DNA of 38,287 nucleotides from a virus. Taxonomy: Duplodnaviria > Caudoviricetes. Position numbers and translations under genes: made by a program. A model generated the notes under the pieces. That model did not search any database and had not been told where the DNA came from. It worked only from the letters and a program-made list of their open reading frames with translations. Location of the stretch: IMG/VR virus record IMGVR_UViG_3300017785_003577, positions 1-38,287 of that record; one strand, given 5' to 3'. Positions 26,703 through 35,700 of this stretch are shown here, piece after piece. Every line of letters starts with the position of its first letter. Within the stretch, counting starts at the first letter, position 1.

Positions 26703-28925
26703 CTATACGCCATATCTTGTACGTTGAGCATTAACATTAGTCAATATTTCTGAAGGAGTTAATGAACGATTATATACTTGAACCGTACCAATTTTACATA
26801 ATAATGAACTTCCACCATTAGCATCAGAACCTATACCTATGCCAGCAGTATTTGCTTTAAATGTTGAAGTTGCTGATGAACCATATACATTTCCATTTAC
26901 ATAAAGAGAAGTGAAAGAATTGTTACTTGTCATCGTTATATTGTACCAAGTATTAATTGCCAAAACTGGACCACTAACAGTTGCTCTCGCATCATATGAG
27001 AAAATGGATCCTCTGTTAGCATTAATCCCTCCACCTTGTTCTATGTACCAACTTTGTGTCGGAAAACTATCTCTGGAAATTATTCGACTAAAACTTCCAT
27101 CAATAAATTGAGTGGGATTAACCCAAACGGAAGCGGTAACTGCTGTAGATATTGTATTTAAACTGGCTGATGTAGGTATAGAAAGATAACCACCATTTAA
27201 ATTGAATGCTGAATTATAGGTGTCAAAAGTTACACTACCATTTAGTGTGGCGTGATTTTTATTTCCACTAATATCAAAACAAGTTGTGCCAGTACCAGAG
27301 TAACTAGCATCATATGAAGGATCTAAATTAACAATTAAAGAACTATCTTCAATAGGTAGAGTTTTTGAAACTTCATCATATATTCCACGAACATATGTAT
27401 TACCTGTGTTCACAGTTCTTTGATTAAATGTGTTGGCTATGATTGCATTGATGCCGGTACGAACATAAATTGATGGACTTGCCGATTGTTCATATTGAGC
27501 ACCCCAAATATAAATTGCTGGAACACCAGTTCCCAAATATACACTAGATGCTCCGACTACTGGAGCTATTGTAAAATTATTTTGATTGTTTACTGATCCT
27601 TTTGTTGCTGTTAGAGTACATCTAAACCACCCATTTCCAACAGGTGTAATTGTGCCAGACACATTAGTATAATCACTATTATTTCCACTAACAAGAGTAA
27701 TTGTACCTGCAATTAAATCATAATGAACTTGGCAAGAAAAATTTAAAAAATTACTTAATGAAATATAACACCGTGTTCTAAAACCAGCTTTTGCATAATA
27801 AGAACCTGTCATTGTTTCATCTCGACCAGTTCTTGATTGAAATATTAGGTGTTCTCCAGTAGTGGTATTTTCATTTAAAGAAAAACCGGTCGTGGTTCCA
27901 TCTGGCGCAACAACCACATCTGCTGTTACGGTTGCTAGGCTGGGTGACCAAGGAGATAAATTAAATTGTTGTGAGTTTGATAATGTATTTACTCTTACAT
28001 TTGATGTAGGATTATAAGTGACTTCATCAAATTCACCAGAAATTGTTTGAATAACATTTTGTGTTGTATTGTTGGATCTTGTTGCAGTCACCACAGGATT
28101 AACTGTTGAACCTAATCGATATCGTGCTGAAGCAATATTATAATTTTGTCGTATTTCAGCTGGTGTTAAAACACGATTATACATTCTGAAACTTGACCAA
28201 GAAACATTTCCATAATATGTTCCTGTAGATGGTAACGTGCCATTTATAGGCGTTCCTATGTAAGATCCATTTAATTGAAATTTATATGTGCCATCAAATG
28301 AATTATAAGCTCTTGTTGTTGCTGTTCCAGTCCCCACAACTAAAGATAATGATTGTTGAACTCCATTAATCCATAGCTGATAGGCTCCTGGAATATTACT
28401 GGTAGGCATAACAAAAACATAATGTACATTTCGATTTAATAAATTTAAAGAAGTGACTGTTGCTGCGGATATACCATAAACGTCACCAAAAAATGTGTTA
28501 AAACCAAGGGTGCCCCCTGCAGTCCAAATATCATAAAAACCAAAACCGGCTATCATTCCAGTAATTTGTCTTAGATTTAAAACACCTTCAATTGTAACAT
28601 TTGCTGCTGTGGCTAATTGTGGTATAGTAATTTGTCCATAACTTCCTAATGATACTGAAGAACCATTTGTTGTAAAGAATGTTATGTTTGCACTATTTGA
28701 ACTTGGTGAAAATAAAGCTGGTGTACTATTATTATTAAAAATTTTAATATTATTATTGCCAGCTATGTCATACCAAGTAGATGCATCGATTTCAGGATAA
28801 TAGCTTCTATTAGCGTCCCAAGATCCTAGTAATCCACTTGACACATATGTACTAGACACTTCATCAAATGATCCACTAATTGTTAAACTTCCATTGGCTG
28901 AAAGTCTACTCGCTGTATTGGGCAT
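26703..28925 (-). CDS. Virion lectin-like protein: LamG + CBM-like + LamG (740 aa)
   Basis: Two LamG-like domains ending YNRVLTPAEIRQNYNIASARY and YNRSLTPSEILTNVNAQRTRYGV, flanking an APDGT...VGNGWFR...WGAQYE domain. Confidence 0.8.
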   Translation of the reverse strand: MPNTASRLSANGSLTISGSFDEVSSTYVSSGLLGSWDANRSYYPEIDASTWYDIAGNNNIKIFNNNSTPALFSPSSNSANITFFTTNGSSVSLGSYGQITIPQLATAANVTIEGVLNLRQITGMIAGFGFYDIWTAGGTLGFNTFFGDVYGISAATVTSLNLLNRNVHYVFVMPTSNIPGAYQLWINGVQQSLSLVVGTGTATTRAYNSFDGTYKFQLNGSYIGTPINGTLPSTGTYYGNVSWSSFRMYNRVLTPAEIRQNYNIASARYRLGSTVNPVVTATRSNNTTQNVIQTISGEFDEVTYNPTSNVRVNTLSNSQQFNLSPWSPSLATVTADVVVAPDGTTTGFSLNENTTTGEHLIFQSRTGRDETMTGSYYAKAGFRTRCYISLSNFLNFSCQVHYDLIAGTITLVSGNNSDYTNVSGTITPVGNGWFRCTLTATKGSVNNQNNFTIAPVVGASSVYLGTGVPAIYIWGAQYEQSASPSIYVRTGINAIIANTFNQRTVNTGNTYVRGIYDEVSKTLPIEDSSLIVNLDPSYDASYSGTGTTCFDISGNKNHATLNGSVTFDTYNSAFNLNGGYLSIPTSASLNTISTAVTASVWVNPTQFIDGSFSRIISRDSFPTQSWYIEQGGGINANRGSIFSYDARATVSGPVLAINTWYNITMTSNNSFTSLYVNGNVYGSSATSTFKANTAGIGIGSDANGGSSLLCKIGTVQVYNRSLTPSEILTNVNAQRTRYGV

Positions 28926-28927
28926 GA

Positions 28928-30664
28928 TTATCCAAAGACTACATCTAAACTATTTGTAGAAGAATTGTATGATTGATAGACTGAAACAATATTATTTGAG
29001 TTTGCAAATCCTACTATATTAGAAACAATCACATTAGCAGAAGATATATTGCTGGTCGCAAATATGTTATTGTTTAGAGAGACAATTACAGCAGAACTAA
29101 ATGTCGGTATGTAAGGTGAAGCAACGTTTCTTGGTGACGTTGGGTTACCTAATTCAAGTTGTGGACCCCATACTAAGTAATTACCAGTAGCCGCATTTGT
29201 ACTTAATTTAAAACGAACACCGGCACTTGCTGAAAATGGTAATCCTGTAACAGCAGAAATAACAAATCGTTGCCATGAACTTGTTAATGAAACTAGAGTA
29301 TTTGCAACAGTAGTATCATCGGAACCACCAGTAATCATTAATCGTGCAGAAGATAAACTTCCTGCTCGCAACCAAACAGAGGCTATCCATGGTCCAGTTG
29401 AAGATCCTGTTTGTTGATATATTCCATATGTTGGATTTGTTTGTCCGCCGGAATTATTTAATTGCCATGCAGTAGTTGTTCCATCTGGAGCCACCACTAA
29501 ACTTGGTGTTACTGTTGTGGCACCAGCGTCACCAGAATGAGTTAACCATGATCCACTTTGTAAATTAGCTGAGTTTGTTATCCAGTTTGAACCACCTTGT
29601 ATATACAGATTTTGTGCTACAATGGCACCATTAGCAGCAACGTTACCTGTTACTTGTAATGTACTACCAACGTTTACTGTATTTTGATTATATGTTTGGT
29701 TGATTAATACACCGCCAGTACCTTTTGGTAACAAAGACATGGAAACGTTAGTGTCTGAACCTTGTACTGATAGTGCAGGAGTGTTTGCTGTTGTTGATCC
29801 AATTACTTGTAAATAGTTTACTGCTGATGCTACGCTAGCAACCCTAAATTGTTCTGTGAAACCCGAACTACTACCATGGCCAATACTGGTAAAATTTGTA
29901 GAGGTTTGGTGAAATATTTGTAATTGGCCAGCTTGAATTCCAAATCCATAACCAGCACCGCTGCCACCATCCCAAAGGCCAATTTTATTTCCTAAAGCAT
30001 TTCTAAAAAGTAGTGGAAAACTTGCTGTGGCTGCCTGAGTGATTACAACATTAGGAACCACAATGGCATTATTAGAAGCAACAAAGAATGAACCACTACT
30101 ACCTAAAAAACCTCCAGAGTTGGCTGTAATGATTGTATTGGCCTCGTAACCTGATGCAGATACATTACCTGAACCGCCGGAGCCACCACTACCCATGACC
30201 CATGGTAATCCGTTAGCGGCATATCGTAGTATGTCAGTATAGATACCATTTGATCCTGCACTTGTGCCACCAACATAGATGTTACCTGTTACACCGACAC
30301 CACCAAAAACAACTAACTCGCCAGTCGTATTTGAATTTGAGGTTGTTGCAGATGTATTGGCACCAATAACAACACTACCATTGTATTGCGTTAGATTGAC
30401 ACGACCAGTATCCAGTACCTCAATACTAGGAATACCAGAGATGTCATTGACTGAGAATAAAGAACCAGTTAGATTGTTGGTGATTGAGAATAATTGGCCA
30501 GCAGAACCCTCAAATGATAGAGTTCCATTAGATGTAGGATAAGCCCGAAGGGTAATGTTGGCTGCATTGGAGGTATTGTTTGCGGCCGAAAAAACAATCT
30601 GAGGATCACCATTGGCATTACCAACGTTGGGAGTTATAAGAATATTTTTATCGGTATGTGCCAT
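28928..30664 (-). CDS. Fibre-like virion protein (578 aa)
   Basis: N-terminal DKNILITPN...LSFEGSAGQLFSI...LFSVNDISGIPSIEV; one TGELVVFGGVGV repeat, one SAVNY module, one APDGT/WGPQLE domain; ends YNSSTNSLDVVFG. Confidence 0.75.
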   Translation of the reverse strand: MAHTDKNILITPNVGNANGDPQIVFSAANNTSNAANITLRAYPTSNGTLSFEGSAGQLFSITNNLTGSLFSVNDISGIPSIEVLDTGRVNLTQYNGSVVIGANTSATTSNSNTTGELVVFGGVGVTGNIYVGGTSAGSNGIYTDILRYAANGLPWVMGSGGSGGSGNVSASGYEANTIITANSGGFLGSSGSFFVASNNAIVVPNVVITQAATASFPLLFRNALGNKIGLWDGGSGAGYGFGIQAGQLQIFHQTSTNFTSIGHGSSSGFTEQFRVASVASAVNYLQVIGSTTANTPALSVQGSDTNVSMSLLPKGTGGVLINQTYNQNTVNVGSTLQVTGNVAANGAIVAQNLYIQGGSNWITNSANLQSGSWLTHSGDAGATTVTPSLVVAPDGTTTAWQLNNSGGQTNPTYGIYQQTGSSTGPWIASVWLRAGSLSSARLMITGGSDDTTVANTLVSLTSSWQRFVISAVTGLPFSASAGVRFKLSTNAATGNYLVWGPQLELGNPTSPRNVASPYIPTFSSAVIVSLNNNIFATSNISSANVIVSNIVGFANSNNIVSVYQSYNSSTNSLDVVFG

Positions 30665-30691
30665 CTGTTTTTCTTTTTATTGGTTACCTAT

Positions 30692-30699
30692 TATTTATA
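30692..30699 (-). promoter_or_regulatory. Late promoter TATAAATA
   Basis: Perfect consensus overlapping the stop at 30695, 27 nt before ATG 30664. Confidence 0.75.
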
Positions 30700-31411
30700 G
30701 ACCGTATCTTCCTCCAAGTGCATTATAGTTTTGCGCCACTTGTGCGTCATTAAGCGATACATTGTAGATTTGAAAATTACTGACGCTTCCATTCCAGTTT
30801 CCACTACCTGCAAAATTAGCAATAGCACAAGGATAAACGGCGGTGCTGACTGTGCCCAGCGTTAGAGTTTTTCCTGTACCCGTGGCTATGCTTACCCCAT
30901 CTAAATAAATGGCCATGGTTCCTGCTGTGGCATTTAGAGTAAATACCCAATGGTGCCAACCTGTTTTCTGTGCCAAAGTCAGTATACTGGTATTGATTCT
31001 ATTGAAACCGCCACTATTGCCGGCATCCCAATAGACTATGCTGTCGCTCCAGGGTAGGTGTATGTTTACAACCCTGATGGCACTAGAGTCAAAACACGAA
31101 AACACACTGGCAGCAGGTGGGGTAGCAGGATTGCCTAGATTGATCCAACAACATACACTAACTTGACTACCACCTGAAGGTATGGCCGCAACAGGAACAT
31201 CTGCGTATTGTGTTGTGCCAGATGCATTGAATCTGATAGCACCCATTTGATCTGTGGTATATGTGGGTGAAGAATTTAAGGTTGCATTATTTTTATTGTT
31301 ACTCAAATCATTCCAAGTTGTACCAGAGCCAGCATAACTTTTTGAATTGCCTGCATCCAAATTCAACACTAATCCATTAGTTACAATATTTGGTCCACCA
31401 AATACACTCAT
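30695..31411 (-). CDS. Single-domain LamG/ConA-like lectin protein (238 aa)
   Basis: IVTNGLVLNLDAGNSKSYAGSGTTWNDLS...WHHWVFT...IYLDG...QNYNALGGRYGL. Confidence 0.85.
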   Translation of the reverse strand: MSVFGGPNIVTNGLVLNLDAGNSKSYAGSGTTWNDLSNNKNNATLNSSPTYTTDQMGAIRFNASGTTQYADVPVAAIPSGGSQVSVCCWINLGNPATPPAASVFSCFDSSAIRVVNIHLPWSDSIVYWDAGNSGGFNRINTSILTLAQKTGWHHWVFTLNATAGTMAIYLDGVSIATGTGKTLTLGTVSTAVYPCAIANFAGSGNWNGSVSNFQIYNVSLNDAQVAQNYNALGGRYGL

Positions 31412-32058
31412 AGTCCGTATCTTCCTTTAAGTGCATTATAGTTTTGTAATATTTCTTGTGCAGTTAATACACGGTCGTATATAAAAACTCCGTTTATTTG
31501 TCCTAGAAAATTATTACTATTACCATATGCTGCAACCTGTACATCTCCAGTACCACCGGTAAAAGTAGTAGTTGACACATCAGTATCTTCTAACAAACCA
31601 TTTAAATATAATGCCCAACCTGTTGTAGTATTAAATGTAACTGCACCAAAATACCATTGATTTACTACAAGAGTTGTACTTGATTGAACAGTACTCCAGA
31701 GGCTATTGTGACCTGAATTTAATTTATTACCGCCTGCTAACCAAAAAGCATGTTGGCCAATATTACCACTCATAATGTTATTTGAAGCTGATAAATTTGA
31801 TGTTTGAAACCAGGCACATTTAGTATACGCAGTTGAGTTTAAAAGATTATTAGATGTACTAGCATACTGAGTTGATCCGTTAAATGAAAATATATTATTT
31901 GCACCTAATGATGGTGAACTAACTAGAGTAAAAGAGTTTGTATTGGTACTTAAATTAATCCATGTTGTGCCTGAACCTGGATAACTTTTTGAATTAACTG
32001 AATCCAAATATAAAGTTAATCCGTTAGTAACAATAGAAGGTGAATGATTAAGACCCAT
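31408..32058 (-). CDS. Single-domain LamG/ConA-like lectin protein (216 aa)
   Basis: IVTNGLTLYLDSVNSKSYPGSGTTW...WYFGAVTF...LYLNG...YDRVLTAQEILQNYNALKGRYGL; ATGA overlap with the next gene. Confidence 0.85.
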   Translation of the reverse strand: MGLNHSPSIVTNGLTLYLDSVNSKSYPGSGTTWINLSTNTNSFTLVSSPSLGANNIFSFNGSTQYASTSNNLLNSTAYTKCAWFQTSNLSASNNIMSGNIGQHAFWLAGGNKLNSGHNSLWSTVQSSTTLVVNQWYFGAVTFNTTTGWALYLNGLLEDTDVSTTTFTGGTGDVQVAAYGNSNNFLGQINGVFIYDRVLTAQEILQNYNALKGRYGL

Positions 32059-32759
32059 TATATATTAAATCTTCCACGGGTAGCATTAAAGTTTTGTAAT
32101 ACTTCATTACTAACTAATTCTCTATTGTAAATTAAAACTTGAGGTATACTTCCAGTAAAAGTATCGCCACCAAAACCGTAATTTCCAATTTTTATTACTG
32201 AATTAATTATGTTAACATTCAAGTCAATCGTTCTAGTTATAGTACTACCCAAAACACCATTGACATATAATCTAGAAACTTTCGTTGTGTAATTATAAGT
32301 GTGTACCATATTATACCAGGTATTTGAAACAATAGAAACTGATTGTCCTTCTCCATAAAAATCTACTAAAAAACCATCAAAGCGAATAAGATTTGAATAT
32401 TGACCACCAGCTGTTGCACTGCCATCGGCCGCCAATACCGCTCCGCCTTGTGTTGCACTAGTTGGTGCCGTATTTGGAGTATTAAACCAAGAAGATACGG
32501 TGAAATTATTTTGATACATGCCAACAGAATTTACTGTTGCAGTAGTTGTGATGTAAGAATTGTTTGCACGACTTAAAACAAATGTTCCATTATTTGTTGT
32601 ATTATATAACACGCCATTTAAAAGTGTGCCAATAATCGTTGGTTGAACTATATTGGTGCAACTGGTTAACAAAGTATTTGCATAACATTTTGAATTAGCC
32701 GCATCAATTGCTAATGTCAAACCACTTGTTACTATCTGTGGATTATAATTGGTGCCCAT
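32058..32759 (-). CDS. Single-domain LamG/ConA-like lectin protein (233 aa)
   Basis: IVTSGLTLAIDAANSKCY...WYNMVHTY...LYVNG...YNRELVSNEVLQNFNATRGRFNI; TAATG overlap. Confidence 0.85.
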   Translation of the reverse strand: MGTNYNPQIVTSGLTLAIDAANSKCYANTLLTSCTNIVQPTIIGTLLNGVLYNTTNNGTFVLSRANNSYITTTATVNSVGMYQNNFTVSSWFNTPNTAPTSATQGGAVLAADGSATAGGQYSNLIRFDGFLVDFYGEGQSVSIVSNTWYNMVHTYNYTTKVSRLYVNGVLGSTITRTIDLNVNIINSVIKIGNYGFGGDTFTGSIPQVLIYNRELVSNEVLQNFNATRGRFNI

Positions 32760-32761
32760 AG

Positions 32762-35700
32762 TTAACCTTCTACATCAAGTTTATCTACGTCAGCTCTTTC
32801 TCCGTATACAACATAGTAACAATGAATTTCTTTTTTGAACCAGCCATCACTACTAATAATAATTGTATTGTCTTTAACTTCTTTGACAGAAAGTTTTTGA
32901 TACTTACCAATAGATGTAAGTGAAACAGTAATTGTATTGGCATCAACTAACTTAGTCCAGTAATCAGGCAACTCAATAATATTAGAACCTTTTAAAGTGC
33001 CACGAACATACACACCAAACTCTGGTCCCTCTAAAGAACCATATCGTAAGTCTTTACCTTCTTTGGTCGGATGTGGAATGTTGAATGACTTGGTTGTAGC
33101 ATTGAGAGCACCAGAGATACCTACACCACCTTGAACTACAAGAGCGCCAGTAGTTGTATTGGAGCTTGCTGTGCCGTTTTGAATCTTAACTTGTGAAGTA
33201 CCAGCAAACAATACAGTAGTGTTACCTGTATCATTATAAATTGGACCTCGTTGTATTAAAGCGGTTTGGTTATAAACACCACCAGTATTGTTAAAATAAT
33301 AATAATTAGTGCCCGTAAATACTATTCCAGCACTATCATTATATATAAAATGTGTTGGGCTTAAAGTTAATCTTCCCACGTTTGGTACTATACTCATTGT
33401 CAAATTGCCGGACAATCCAAGGCCACCAGTAACTACAAGAGCACCTGTAGTATTACTTGTTGAACTTGTTGTGCTTGTAACGTTAACGGAGCCAGCACCT
33501 TTAGGATTAATATTGATACCTACATTGGTATCTGAGCCTTGTCCTGATAATATTGGAGAACCACCTGTAGTGTTACCGGTTACTTGTAAAAGGTTTACTG
33601 CTGATGCTGTGTGAGCAATTTTAAATTGCTGAGTAAAACTTGTTGTAGCAGTATAAAAATCATGCCCTCCGGTGCCTTGAGTTGAATACGACATACCAAG
33701 ATTTGTATCACTTCCTCTAGATGCAATTACCGGTAAAAACCCAGTAGCTTGTCCTTGGAGATGGATACGGTTTACGGCAGTACCACCACTATCAATAATT
33801 CTTACCTGAGTTCCTGATCCGGTATTTAAATTGACAACACCAGTACCCTTAGAGATTATATTGAAATCAATGTTGGTGTCAGACCCAGCTGATGTTAATG
33901 TTGGAGGATTACCAGCACTATTACCCGAGGCTTGTACATAATTTACTGAAGCTGAGCCATTAAATACAGGCAGTACAGTAAATTGTGTTCCTCCAGCACC
34001 TTGAAAATAATGTATGCCAGCATTTTTTGAATTATAAACTATACCAACAGATGAATCTGGACCAATTGCTTGAATAGTTGGATAGTTACTTGTTATTGCA
34101 CCAGAAACATTTAAATAATTTACAGAACTTGCTGGTGCTGAAACAAATAAAGCGTTTGCACTATTTGCTGTAATACCAAGAACACCGGTAAGAGGTGCAT
34201 AAATTCCTAGGTTTCCTACTCCACTAAAAGTAAATGCTGCAGCTGAATTTGAACCGGGATTTGCAACAAATTGTTGAGCATTTATTGAACTATTAAATGT
34301 GAATCCTGATCCAAAAGTTTTGTTAAAACTACTATCACCTAAGAAAATTGTTCCTGAATTTCCTGTCGTGGCAAATCCATTATTAATTGTGATTGATCCA
34401 CCAGTAGAATATACATTACCTGATACACCAATGCCACCAGTAACAATTAATGTACCTGTTGTGTTACTTGTTGATGGCACATTGTTGGCAACAGTAAGTG
34501 ATCCAGCCAAATAGTTTGGTGCTGTGCCGGCCATGTACAAGTTAAACGCATTGTTGCCTGTGTTTACGGCACCATAGAAACCGTAATTGCTTAATAGTCC
34601 TTTTGTTAAATTGGCTGTATAAAATCCATACTGGTTACTAGGACCGGCTAAGCCACCACTATTGTTAGAAAAATAATTGTATGAATTTGTAGAAAATGCT
34701 CCTGCTGAAACATCATTTCTAGCCCAAAAACCATATTGACTGTCAGTTGTTCCACCAACACCACCTGCTGTGCACAAATTCAACATACTCATAAGGTTAG
34801 TTATGTTGCCTGATGTGTGTTGTGCAACAGTATTGAGTCTTAATCCTTGTTTTAAACTTGTATCTGCCACATTATATGCAACAGAATTAAGTTGGCCAAA
34901 TTGTTCAGCAGCAGTAGGCAATAAAAAGGATTTAGATAGTGTTAATGGTGCTGAAGCTACTGAAGTGCCAATTGATAGATTGGCCATTGAATGTAATTGA
35001 CTATTACTTGCATCAAACCGCATTACACTATTCGACAAGAATCCGGCCGAGTTAGCAACGATAACTGTATTGGGTGTCCAAGCAGATTGAATTTGATTGA
35101 TGACTGTGTTACTATAATTCAACCTTACGTTCTGGCTATCATCAACACCTTGAGCAATCGTAAGAGCTGTGTTACTATAATCCAACCGAACGTTTTGGCT
35201 TGCATTAACACCATCACTTATGGTCATTCTAGCATTCTGGCTTACATCTGTACCTTCAATGATAACCATTCTAGCATTTTGGCTTACATCTGTACCTTCG
35301 ATGATGGTCATACGAGAATTCTGCGTGGTGTCAACACCTTGAATTATGGTAATGGCTGTATTGCTATAATCTATTCTTACATTCTGACTAGTATCTGTAC
35401 CTTGTATAATAGTAATAGCGGTGTTACTATAATCCAATCTTACATTTTGGCTAGCATTAACACCATCAGCAATAGTCATTCTAGCATTTTGGCTTGTATC
35501 GGTACCTTCAATGATAACCATTCTAGCATTTTGGCTTGTATCAACACCTTGTATAATGGTGATAGCTGCATTACTATAATCTATTCGGACATTTTGGCTA
35601 TTGTCCACACCTTGAGCAATGGTGAGAGCAGTATTACTGTAGTCCAGCCTTACATTCTGGCTTAAATCTGTACCTTCGATGATGGTCATACGACTATTCT

